Translations under genes and position numbers: made by a program
Part shown: piece by piece, positions 50,511 through 59,134 of the stretch
Layout: each line of letters opens with the position of its first letter
Numbering within the stretch: the stretch's first letter is position 1
Notes under the pieces: generated by a model
What the model was told of the DNA's origin: nothing
The model's database searches: none
Seen by the model: only the letters and a program-made list of their open reading frames with translations
Origin: a bacterium
GTDB taxonomy: Bacteria; Patescibacteriota; Dojkabacteria; JAKAPS01; JAJZLI01
Assembly (NCBI GenBank): GCA_021846685.1
Contig: JAJZWL010000005.1
Span: 4,722 to 68,721, forward strand
Direction of reading: 5' to 3'
Length of the DNA: 64,000 nucleotides

Positions 50511-53225
50511 ATGGAGTTAAACGAGATTCAAAAACAAGCAGTATCAAATATATCTTCTCCTGTAATAGTTAAGGCAGGACCAGGAACCGGTAAAACTTTT
50601 TTGATTATAGAAAAGATCAAATATCTTATTTCTAAAGGTTTTATTGAAAATAATATTCTTGCAGTTACATTTTCTAAGAAAGCATCAGAAGAGATAAAAA
50701 ATAGACTTTCAGATACTCTTGGTCTTTTTAGTGAAGTTAATATAGAAACTTTTCACTCATTAGCTGAAAAGATATTAAGAGAGAACTATCAATATTTTAA
50801 TCTTAAAAAAGACTTTATAGTAATGGATAGAATGGAGAGTTTTGTTTTTTTATCAAATCGTATATTTGATTTTGATATTAATCTTTTACGTCCTCTTTCA
50901 AATCCAGATAAGGAAATAGATAAAATTTTAGAATTTTTCTCAAAACTTGAAGATGAATATATATCTCCACAAGAATTTATAGATTTTAAAAATAAGGATG
51001 AATATTCAACAGAATTAGCTTATTTATATAAAGAATTTTTTACATTAAAAATAAAAGAATCTAAATTAGAATTTAATGATCTTATATATCTTTCTTTAAA
51101 ACTGTTTGAAGACAAAAAAATACTTAAAAAATATCAAGATAAATTTAAATATCTCCTTGTAGATGAGTTTCAAGATACAAATTATATACAAAATCAATTT
51201 ATATTAAAATTAGCATCAAATATCACAGTAGTAGGGGATAAGAATCAGTCTATATACAAATTTAGAGGAGCATCTTTGTCAAACTTTAGTTCTTTTTCTA
51301 AAGCTTTTCCTAAAAATGTGGAATATGTATTAAGTGAAAATTACAGATCATATCAGAATATAGTGGATACAGCTTATTTGTTTATGGGGGAAGAATATAC
51401 CTTAAAATCTATTAAGGGGTTAAACAAAGATTCTATCAAAGTACTTAATTTCACTAAAAATATAGAAGAAATTAATTATATAAAGGATCAGATTTTAAAA
51501 CTACATGATGATGGTATAAATTTTTCTGATATTGCTATCCTTTTAAGATCAAATTCATACATCAATGACTTTGCTGAAGTTCTTATAGATTCTAATATCC
51601 CTATTTATTTAAGAGGATCTAGTACTTTTGAGATTTCTTCTGAATTTAAAGATTTGGCATCTGTTGTGTATTTTTCTGAAAATCCAAATGATAATATATC
51701 TTTTTTAAGAATACTTAATATGGAGTGTTTTAGTTTTTCTCAAGAAGAATTTATAGGTTTATCTGAATTTTTAAATACGAAATTTAGAACGAATTCATAT
51801 TATGAGGGATTATCTAAAATTATTGAGGGTAAAGGGGAGAATCTTGAACTAAGAACAGAGAAGATATTAAATTTTTATGCTATTTTGAAAAATCTGACAA
51901 ATCCAGAAGTGGATCTAATTGATAAATTAAATGATTTTTTAGATAAAAGTTTTTATTTTGAATTTTTACATAAAAAGAATGATTCACTGGTAAGACGTTC
52001 TAATTTAGATAAATTTATTGCAATTATAGAAAGACTTTCAGAAAATGGAGTTGAGTTTTTTTCAAAATATATAAGGAATATAAATAAGATCTCATCAATG
52101 GATGATAGTTTAGATCAAGATATAAATTTTGATAGTGTTACTATCTCTACTGTACATTCAGTAAAAGGTATGGAGTTTAAGTATGTATTTATGCCTTATT
52201 TAGTTAAAGATAGATTTCCTTTGAAAAATAGAGGAGGAAATATAGATATCCCTTCTTCGCTATTACATGAGTCTATTCCAGAAGAAGAACAATTCATCGA
52301 GGAAGAAAAAAGATTGTTTTTTGTGGCTTTAACACGCGCAAAAGATATGGTATATTTATCTTTTTCTAATATTTATGATGGAAATAAAAAAACAAAAGAT
52401 AAAAGTATATTTTTAGATATTATTAAAAATAAAATAGAAAAAGTAGAATCAAAAAGTGATATTAAAGTGAATAATATTCCATATTTTCTAATCCCTGATA
52501 ATTCTATTCCAAAAAAATATTCATATTCACAGTTAAATTTATTTAAAACATGTCCTTTACAGTACTATTATGAATATATTCTAAGGATAAAAAAACAACC
52601 TAAATTAGTATTTGAATATGGTAATGTTATACATGATACTTTGAAGCAATATTTTCAACGAGATAGGCAAGCCCAAAATATTGATCTTTTAGAGAATATT
52701 TATAAAATGCGATGGGAGAGAGCGAATCTTTCTGTATTTAGAAATGAAGGGCATATAGAAAGTTATAAGAAGAAAGGATTAGAGTCAATTAAGAATAATA
52801 TAGACCTTATAAAACCAATAGGTCTAAAAAATCTTTATGAGCTAAATGTAGATGTATCTTTAGATGGAAAATATCTTATTAATGGAAGACTAGATAGATT
52901 AGATTTTTTAGAAGATGGAGGTTTGTCAATTGTTGATTATAAAACAGGAAGTTCTACTAGTCAGGACACCAGTTCTTCAAATCTACAATTAGGGTTATAT
53001 TCTATATTAGTAAAAGAAAAATTCCCAAATGATATAAAGAATTTAAAACTTCTTTTTATAGATGAAGGAAAAGAGATAAATATAGATTATCAAAAGATTA
53101 ATATAGAAAAAGTAAAAGAGGAGATAATAGATTTAATAGAAAAGATAAGAGATTTAGAGGTAAAAGCCACACCTTCTTTTGCTTGTAATTACTGTGAATA
53201 TAGAAGTTTATGTTATAAAATGTAA
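50511..53225 (+). CDS. UvrD/PcrA-type helicase fused to a C-terminal PD-(D/E)XK Fe-S nuclease (AdnA/AdnB-like)
   Basis: AGPGTGKT, LVDEFQD, VGDKNQSIYKFRGA, NYRS, STVHSVKGMEF, VALTRA; nuclease part CPLQY, GRLDRLD, VDYKTG, QLGLY, CNYCEYRSLC. Confidence 0.92.
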   Translation: MELNEIQKQAVSNISSPVIVKAGPGTGKTFLIIEKIKYLISKGFIENNILAVTFSKKASEEIKNRLSDTLGLFSEVNIETFHSLAEKILRENYQYFNLKKDFIVMDRMESFVFLSNRIFDFDINLLRPLSNPDKEIDKILEFFSKLEDEYISPQEFIDFKNKDEYSTELAYLYKEFFTLKIKESKLEFNDLIYLSLKLFEDKKILKKYQDKFKYLLVDEFQDTNYIQNQFILKLASNITVVGDKNQSIYKFRGASLSNFSSFSKAFPKNVEYVLSENYRSYQNIVDTAYLFMGEEYTLKSIKGLNKDSIKVLNFTKNIEEINYIKDQILKLHDDGINFSDIAILLRSNSYINDFAEVLIDSNIPIYLRGSSTFEISSEFKDLASVVYFSENPNDNISFLRILNMECFSFSQEEFIGLSEFLNTKFRTNSYYEGLSKIIEGKGENLELRTEKILNFYAILKNLTNPEVDLIDKLNDFLDKSFYFEFLHKKNDSLVRRSNLDKFIAIIERLSENGVEFFSKYIRNINKISSMDDSLDQDINFDSVTISTVHSVKGMEFKYVFMPYLVKDRFPLKNRGGNIDIPSSLLHESIPEEEQFIEEEKRLFFVALTRAKDMVYLSFSNIYDGNKKTKDKSIFLDIIKNKIEKVESKSDIKVNNIPYFLIPDNSIPKKYSYSQLNLFKTCPLQYYYEYILRIKKQPKLVFEYGNVIHDTLKQYFQRDRQAQNIDLLENIYKMRWERANLSVFRNEGHIESYKKKGLESIKNNIDLIKPIGLKNLYELNVDVSLDGKYLINGRLDRLDFLEDGGLSIVDYKTGSSTSQDTSSSNLQLGLYSILVKEKFPNDIKNLKLLFIDEGKEINIDYQKINIEKVKEEIIDLIEKIRDLEVKATPSFACNYCEYRSLCYKM

Positions 53226-53230
53226 GATAT

Positions 53231-53350
53231 ATGATATTATTTAGATTATTAAAAAAGTTTTTATTTGCCTTTCTTATTCTCTTATTTGTAGTTCCTTTTG
53301 TTATATCTAATAATCAAAAATCTATTGAAGTTCATGCTGCAACTTCATGA
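53231..53350 (+). pseudogene. Truncated secreted-protein gene (signal peptide only)
   Basis: MILFRLLKKFLFAFLILLFVVPFVISNNQKSIEVHAATS*. The VHA-A cleavage site resembles those of the downstream pilins. Confidence 0.5.
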
Positions 53351-53423
53351 AACTATCTAATTAAAGATATAAGTAATTATTATGTGGCTAAGGAGAATGG
53401 ATCTCAATATTCTGGTAATAATT

Positions 53424-53722
53424 TCAATTATAAATTATAAGACTGGAAAATCACTGTCGTAAGATCCAATATTAAAAAATTTACAACTTTCAATATATGC
53501 AATGGTAGTAAAAGAAAAATTTGGAAAAGAAATTGATTCTTTAAACTTGCAATTTGTTGATGAAGGGGTTAATCTGAGTATGAATATAGAGAAATGAGAT
53601 ATTGATAAAAGTAGAGGAGAACTGATACAATTACTATCTTTGATGGACGAAGGTAAGATAATCGCAAATCCATCATATGTGTGTAATTTTTGTGATTATA
53701 TAAATTATGTTACAAAGTATAA
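53424..53722 (+). pseudogene. Remnant second copy of the helicase-nuclease C-terminus
   Basis: SIINYKTGKSLS*DPILKNLQLSIYAMVVKEKFGKEIDSLNLQFVDEG...K*DIDK...IIANPSYVCNFCDYIN/CYKV* aligns with SIVDYKTG...NLQLGLYSILVKEKF...LFIDEG...KATPSFACNYCEYRSLCYKM*. Confidence 0.8.
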
Positions 53723-54813
53723 AAGGAAAAATATTATTAGGGTTAGCATTAATATCTTATGTGTTTGTTTTTTCAAATATATTCGTAGGTACTCCTGTAT
53801 ATGCAGCTAGTGGTACAATAAATATTTCTTGTGCGCAAATTAACGCAGCTTATAAGAATGCTAAATTTGATGGTCCATTATATAGTACAACTATTAATGG
53901 AGAAAAAATTAATTATGTAAATAATCGTAATGGTCATCCTAGTGGATCTTATCTTAAGCTTGGGTCTATTGATGGTAATGTAAATACTTCAACAAAAAAT
54001 AGCTTTTTAAGTCCAAAATTTATTTGTGTGTTTGGTAATAATGGATCGGGGAATACTTTAACAGTGTCTAGTAGTGCTACTATATATTTGTATCCCACAT
54101 ATGGATCATACAATAATAATTATAATTTTTATGCAATATATCCTAAAAATAATGTTTGCTCTGCTATTGCCAATGCTATTAAAAATAATAAAAAAACCGT
54201 TGATAATAATATACACATAACTAATAATGCATTTAATCTCCCTGCTAATGCTAATAAGATAGGCCAAATAATATATAAGAATGGAAGTGTTGTTGGTGGG
54301 TGTCCTATTGCGCAATCAGACGTTAACAATAGTGCTTTGCAAATTTATATAACACCTGTTAATCAAACAGAACCAGGCAATACCTATGGAGTATATTCTT
54401 CATCTTTAATTATACCACCACCACCTTCTCATGGAGGAGCATATTCAGCGCAAAAAGCATGTGTTGGTAGTGGAATTGGAGTTGGAGCAAGTCGGAATTG
54501 TCAAATTTGTGTAAGAAAAGGAATTAATAGTGGATATAATTATGTATATACAGATTTTGGATGTATAAATACATCTATTTCTGGAGTCATAAATTTTGTA
54601 TATAGATTATTTCTGGTAATAGCATTTATGATTGCACTGGCTGTTATTATATTTGCAGGGTACTTGATTATGGTATCTGGAGGAGATCCAGATCAGCTTA
54701 ATAGAGGAAAGAGTCTTCTTACTAAAGCTATAATAGGGTTACTTGTTATTGTATTTGCATATGTTATGCTTACTACAATAGGAACTATATTTGGAATTAA
54801 ATTTTTAGCATAA
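53707..54813 (+). CDS. T4SS (VirB2/TrbC-like) pilin domain with a large Cys-containing N-terminal domain; candidate minor pilin/adhesin
   Basis: Signal peptide VYA-A, about 250 aa extra domain, YTDFGCI, then TM-AGYLIMVSGGDPDQLNRGKSLLTKAIIG-TM. Confidence 0.82.
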   Translation: MLQSIKGKILLGLALISYVFVFSNIFVGTPVYAASGTINISCAQINAAYKNAKFDGPLYSTTINGEKINYVNNRNGHPSGSYLKLGSIDGNVNTSTKNSFLSPKFICVFGNNGSGNTLTVSSSATIYLYPTYGSYNNNYNFYAIYPKNNVCSAIANAIKNNKKTVDNNIHITNNAFNLPANANKIGQIIYKNGSVVGGCPIAQSDVNNSALQIYITPVNQTEPGNTYGVYSSSLIIPPPPSHGGAYSAQKACVGSGIGVGASRNCQICVRKGINSGYNYVYTDFGCINTSISGVINFVYRLFLVIAFMIALAVIIFAGYLIMVSGGDPDQLNRGKSLLTKAIIGLLVIVFAYVMLTTIGTIFGIKFLA

Positions 54814-54814
54814 A

Positions 54815-55150
54815 ATGAATAATATAAAATTTATAAAACCGATATTAGCTCAATGTACTGGAACTTCTTGTTCAGTATCAATTAATAGTCCTTTTGGTAA
54901 TATATTAAATTCTGGTAGTATATTCTCGTCATTATTTAATCTTTTCTATTTTGTTGTAGGGATAGTATTTATTGTTATTATTATCACATCAGGAATAAGA
55001 ATTATTGTATCTAATGGGAATAGAGAAAGAGTTGCAAAAGCTCAAACCACGTTGACGTATGCAGTAATAGGATTAGTATTGATAGTATTTGCAGGAATAA
55101 TAATTAAAATTTTATCTACTGCATTACCTTTATTTAATGGCCTTATATAA
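54815..55150 (+). CDS. T4SS VirB2/TrbC-like pilin
   Basis: TM-SGIRIIVSNGNRERVAKAQTTLTYAVIG-TM. Confidence 0.85.
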   Translation: MNNIKFIKPILAQCTGTSCSVSINSPFGNILNSGSIFSSLFNLFYFVVGIVFIVIIITSGIRIIVSNGNRERVAKAQTTLTYAVIGLVLIVFAGIIIKILSTALPLFNGLI

Positions 55151-55624
55151 ATGAAATATATAAAAATAAATTTATTCGCATTATTGATTTTAAGTATATT
55201 ATTTATTTTTTTAAATAATACACATGTATTTGCATCAAGCAATATTATTAAAAATAATACATATGAAAGATCTCAAATAATATATCCACAGACAGCATTA
55301 TTCGTTCCATCCAATGGTGGGGGACCTATTCCTCCTACTACTCTAAATAGCTCAGGTGTACAAAATCCATTAGTTGGTTCTTCCTTAAATAGTCCTTCAG
55401 GGATTGTTCCTTTTATCTTCAGTATAATATTACCAATACTTTATGGTATTGTTGGAGTTATTGTACTCGGTCTATTCTCTTATGCAGGATTTTTACTTAT
55501 GGTTTCTAATGGAGATACTAACAAGGTTGCTAAGGCTAAATCTGTATTGACTGGAGCTATTATAGGTGCTAGTATTATTTTACTAGCATATGTTATAAGT
55601 TTGGTATTAGTGCATACTGTATGA
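55151..55624 (+). CDS. T4SS VirB2/TrbC-like pilin
   Basis: Signal peptide VFA-S; TM-AGFLLMVSNGDTNKVAKAKSVLTGAIIG-TM. Confidence 0.85.
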   Translation: MKYIKINLFALLILSILFIFLNNTHVFASSNIIKNNTYERSQIIYPQTALFVPSNGGGPIPPTTLNSSGVQNPLVGSSLNSPSGIVPFIFSIILPILYGIVGVIVLGLFSYAGFLLMVSNGDTNKVAKAKSVLTGAIIGASIILLAYVISLVLVHTV

Positions 55625-56082
55625 AGATAAGAAGTCTTTTATTTATATTCCTTTTTTTGGCATCTTTTGCTATTTTTTTTCATGTTAATAATTATGCTCA
55701 AGCAACCGGAGCAAGTTCTTGTACAACATTCGGAGGAACACTAGTAAATGGTGTGTGTACTTTTACTCCAAAGACTAATATCCCAACAACTTGTTCTACT
55801 ATTGCAAGTTCAATTGGGAATATAATTGTATTACTATTTTCTGTTGCTGGATTGGCATTTTTTGTAATGTTAATTATAGCTGGAATTAAAATGACTACTG
55901 CAGGAGGGGATAAAGAAAAGATAGCTTCTGCTCAAACAGCTATTATTCATGCCATTTTAGGCATAGTTATTGTAGCTGCATCCTTTTTAATAGTAGAACT
56001 TATTTCTGGCTTATTAGGGGTAGGAGGGACACTTTTTACTGCAAATCCAATAAACTCTAATTGTACTATTAATTCAAAGTAA
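55621..56082 (+). CDS. T4SS VirB2/TrbC-like pilin
   Basis: TM-AGIKMTTAGGDKEKIASAQTAIIHAILG-TM; Cys residues in the N- and C-terminal loops. Confidence 0.85.
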   Translation: MKIRSLLFIFLFLASFAIFFHVNNYAQATGASSCTTFGGTLVNGVCTFTPKTNIPTTCSTIASSIGNIIVLLFSVAGLAFFVMLIIAGIKMTTAGGDKEKIASAQTAIIHAILGIVIVAASFLIVELISGLLGVGGTLFTANPINSNCTINSK

Positions 56083-56088
56083 TTTATT

Positions 56089-56418
56089 ATGAATTTAAAT
56101 CATGCATCAACTCCACATTTATATGAATTAGTAGTTTATTTTGGCAAAATAATAGGTCTTTTGTATGATTTTGTTGCTGTAGTATTATTTATAATATTAA
56201 TCGTAAATGGCTTTAGATATTTATTTAGTGGTGTAAATCCAGAATTAAAGCAAAAGGCAAATAAAGGATTTATGTATGCAGTAATAGGTTTAGTTGTTAT
56301 AGTTTTGGCATATATAATAATAGCCTTTATTGGAAGCTTTGTTTCTAAATCTTTCACTACAGGATTTGTAAGTGGATCTGCATTGCAATTTAATTTACAA
56401 AATGTTGCCTCAAAGTAA
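56089..56418 (+). CDS. T4SS VirB2/TrbC-like pilin
   Basis: TM-NGFRYLFSGVNPELKQKANKGFMYAVIG-TM. Confidence 0.82.
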   Translation: MNLNHASTPHLYELVVYFGKIIGLLYDFVAVVLFIILIVNGFRYLFSGVNPELKQKANKGFMYAVIGLVVIVLAYIIIAFIGSFVSKSFTTGFVSGSALQFNLQNVASK

Positions 56419-56486
56419 AAATCTTGACTAATTAACCCTATAATATACTTGACTAATGCTTGTTTTTAAGGTATTATGAGACTATC

Positions 56487-56915
56487 ATGCGATTTAGTAA
56501 ATTTTTTGAAATTGTCTATATATTTATAGCACTATTTGTTTTAGGTGCTAGTCCAATTTTTGCATCTGCTGCGTATATCCCTTATCCTGTTTTGCATTCA
56601 ACTCTATCTACAAATCCTAATGGAGTTATTAATACTCTTTTTAGATTTGGGTTTATAGTCATAGGTTTGATATTTTTTTTAATTATCATAATAGCTGGTA
56701 TAGAATGGATGGTTGGATCTGGAGATGAAAAGAAAAGAGACAGTGCCAAATCTAGGCTGTCAAATGCCTTTATAGGTATTGTTATTGTAGCTGGATCATT
56801 TTTAATTGTTGAAATAGTAGGGTCTTTGTTTGGGATAAGTTCTATCTTTTCTAAGAATTTATTTACAAATAATTGTCCTTCTTCTTCTGTAGGAAGTATC
56901 TGTTTAAATAAATAG
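56487..56915 (+). CDS. T4SS VirB2/TrbC-like pilin
   Basis: TM-AGIEWMVGSGDEKKRDSAKSRLSNAFIG-TM; own promoter TTGACT-17-TATTAT at 56449-56477. Confidence 0.85.
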   Translation: MRFSKFFEIVYIFIALFVLGASPIFASAAYIPYPVLHSTLSTNPNGVINTLFRFGFIVIGLIFFLIIIIAGIEWMVGSGDEKKRDSAKSRLSNAFIGIVIVAGSFLIVEIVGSLFGISSIFSKNLFTNNCPSSSVGSICLNK

Positions 56916-56985
56916 TTGCATTCTTGTTAGATTTTATATATATTTTATAGTATAATAACAAGTTATATTAAGGAGGTGAGAATAA

Positions 56986-57420
56986 ATGAAAATAATAAAT
57001 AAGATTTCAGGTTTTATTTTAGCCTTAGGTGCGTTTGCATTATTTACAGTTCCTGTATTTGCTCAATCTTCATATATCCCTGGTGCAATCCAAAGTTCAA
57101 CATTGTCTACAAATCCTAATGGAATAATAACATTAGTAATTAATTTTATTTTTATAATAGTAGGATTAATTTTCTTTGTAATGTTAGTAATTGGAGGAGT
57201 TCAGTGGGTAACTGCTGGAAGTGCTGAGGACAAGAGAACAGAAGCTCAAGGTAGAATAGTAAATGCTATTATAGGAGTTGCAATAGTTGCAGGTTCTTAT
57301 TTGGTAGTTGAGATAGTATCTTCTCTATTAGGAATAGGTGGAATATTTGGTCAAAGTCTATTTTCCACAACAGCTTGTGCTAACGGAGGAACTGTTTGTT
57401 TGAATGGTTCTTTGAAATAA
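56986..57420 (+). CDS. T4SS VirB2/TrbC-like pilin, candidate major pilin
   Basis: Perfect SD AAGGAGGTGA; TM-GGVQWVTAGSAEDKRTEAQGRIVNAIIG-TM; close paralog of the previous gene (shared STLSTNPNG and C-terminal Cys pair). Confidence 0.87.
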   Translation: MKIINKISGFILALGAFALFTVPVFAQSSYIPGAIQSSTLSTNPNGIITLVINFIFIIVGLIFFVMLVIGGVQWVTAGSAEDKRTEAQGRIVNAIIGVAIVAGSYLVVEIVSSLLGIGGIFGQSLFSTTACANGGTVCLNGSLK

Positions 57421-57453
57421 TTTTGTTTTATAAAAATTTATATATCAAAAGTA

Positions 57454-57483
57454 AAGAAAGGAAGCTTAGTTGCTTCCTTTCTT
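57454..57483. terminator. Probable bidirectional intrinsic terminator between the pilin array and hsp20
   Basis: AAGAAAGGAAGC-TTAGTT-GCTTCCTTTCTT, a perfect 12-bp stem between convergent genes. Confidence 0.8.
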
Positions 57484-57492
57484 ATATTTATA

Positions 57493-57903
57493 TTATTTAA
57501 TAGAAATGCTTTTTGGCTTAGCCTGTTCTGATTTAGGAAGGGTTAAAGATAATACTCCATTTTTATATTCAGCATCAGCTTTATCACTCACTACGCTAGA
57601 TGGTAGTGTGATTGATCTTGCTATGCTTTGAGTTTTAATTTCTTTTTTATAGTATTTCTTCCCTTTATCTTCTTTTTCTTCATTTGCTTCAGCCTTTATA
57701 GTTAAATTATCTCCAACTACAGTTACAGTAAAATCTGATTTTTCAAATCCTGGAGCCTTCATTTTTACAACTACATTATCATTCTCTTCATAAATATCAA
57801 TTGATCCTGCTCCTGTTTGAAAAAAAGAATCTAAATCAAAATCATCTTCATCAAATACCCTAGGCATTCCCCAGTTGTATGGTGTCCATCTTGTTATTGC
57901 CAT
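57493..57903 (-). CDS. Hsp20/alpha-crystallin small heat-shock protein
   Basis: IDIYE, APG, RSITLP and AEYKNGVLSLTLPK motifs, C-terminal ISI; perfect SD. Confidence 0.95.
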   Translation of the reverse strand: MAITRWTPYNWGMPRVFDEDDFDLDSFFQTGAGSIDIYEENDNVVVKMKAPGFEKSDFTVTVVGDNLTIKAEANEEKEDKGKKYYKKEIKTQSIARSITLPSSVVSDKADAEYKNGVLSLTLPKSEQAKPKSISIK

Positions 57904-57922
57904 AATTTTTTCACCTCCTTTA

Positions 57923-57979
57923 TTATCACTCTAATGTTAACTCTGATAATATTTTACAATGACTCTTTTTATTTGTCAA
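57923..57979 (-). promoter_or_regulatory. hsp20 promoter with CIRCE-like operator
   Basis: Minus strand TTGACA-17-TAAAAT (57979-57951), then TTATCAGAG-N9-GAGTGATAA (57949-57923), then the SD. Confidence 0.7.
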
Positions 57980-58003
57980 GACTTGTTTGCTATAATGTAA
58001 TGC

Positions 58004-59134
58004 ATGGATGATATTACTTTTATACATACCGCAGATATACACTTAGGGAGGAAATTTAATTATCTAAAAGATAAGGCTGGGGATGCTAGAGAGCATCTTT
58101 TTGAGGTATTGAAAAAAATATCTGATCTTGCTATAGAGAAAAAAGTAAAATTTATAATAATTGCAGGAGATCTTTTTGATTCTACAAATCCTGATTTATA
58201 TTCTGTTGGGAAGTTTTTAAATTTTGTATCTGTTTTGGCTGGTCAAAAAATTAGAGTAGTGGTTCTCCCTGGAACTCATGACTATTTATCTGAAAATGGA
58301 ATATATTCTAATAAGAATCTTTTTAATGCATATAAAAATTTATTTATCTTTAATGATCCTATTATTCGTAGTGTTACTTTCGAAGATTTATCTGTAACTT
58401 TATATGCATATCCTCCTGTAGCCAATAAGATGGATAAATCACCTATATCTGGATTTAATATGGATGATGATGTCTCTTTGTATAGAATTATAATAGCTCA
58501 TGGGTCGGTTCAAATCCCAGGGAAATCAGACCCTAAAGATAGTCCAATTACTTTTGAAGAGATTGAAAGCTCAAAAGCCTCATATATAGCATTAGGACAT
58601 TGGCATCAAAATTTAGATTTTACAAGAAAAGTGCCTTGTTTTTATAGTGGTTCTCCTGAATTAATTGATATTGATCAGAGTGAATCGGGATTTGTTATGT
58701 ATGGTGACCTTAGTAAAGGTATATATGAGAGTATAAAGGTTGGAGATAGATATTTTGATGAATTAAGTATTCCTCTTTCAAATATACATACTCCAGAACA
58801 GTTAGTGGAAAAAATTATATCAAATGCTAATTTAAACCTTATTAGAAAAGTTGTCTTAATAGGAAAGAAGCCTAAAGAAATTGTTGGTATTAATTTTGAT
58901 ATTTTAAAAAAAGAGCTTTCTGCTAATTTTTATTTTTTAATAATTGAAGATAAGTCTGAATTCAGTATTGATAAATCAATAGATTATGAGTTATTGTCTC
59001 CTATTGAAAAAAGTTATATATCTAATTTAAAAGATTTAATAGAGAAAACTCAAGATAATAAAGAGAAAGAGATGTATACTGAGGCATTAGAAATTGGATA
59101 TGCATTATTAAATGGGAGAAATGATATATTATGA
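58004..59134 (+). CDS. SbcD/Mre11/YhaO-like DNA repair exonuclease (metallophosphoesterase)
   Basis: HTADIHLG, AGDLFD, PGTHD, AHG, ALGHWH and YSGSPE motifs. Confidence 0.9.
   Translation: MDDITFIHTADIHLGRKFNYLKDKAGDAREHLFEVLKKISDLAIEKKVKFIIIAGDLFDSTNPDLYSVGKFLNFVSVLAGQKIRVVVLPGTHDYLSENGIYSNKNLFNAYKNLFIFNDPIIRSVTFEDLSVTLYAYPPVANKMDKSPISGFNMDDDVSLYRIIIAHGSVQIPGKSDPKDSPITFEEIESSKASYIALGHWHQNLDFTRKVPCFYSGSPELIDIDQSESGFVMYGDLSKGIYESIKVGDRYFDELSIPLSNIHTPEQLVEKIISNANLNLIRKVVLIGKKPKEIVGINFDILKKELSANFYFLIIEDKSEFSIDKSIDYELLSPIEKSYISNLKDLIEKTQDNKEKEMYTEALEIGYALLNGRNDIL

Noticed and set aside
53231-53440. TGA readthrough or genetic code 25, suggested by in-frame TGA codons in this region
   Set aside because: Many intact genes end in TGA, including ATGA overlaps, and long genes have no internal TGA, so these are pseudogene stops.
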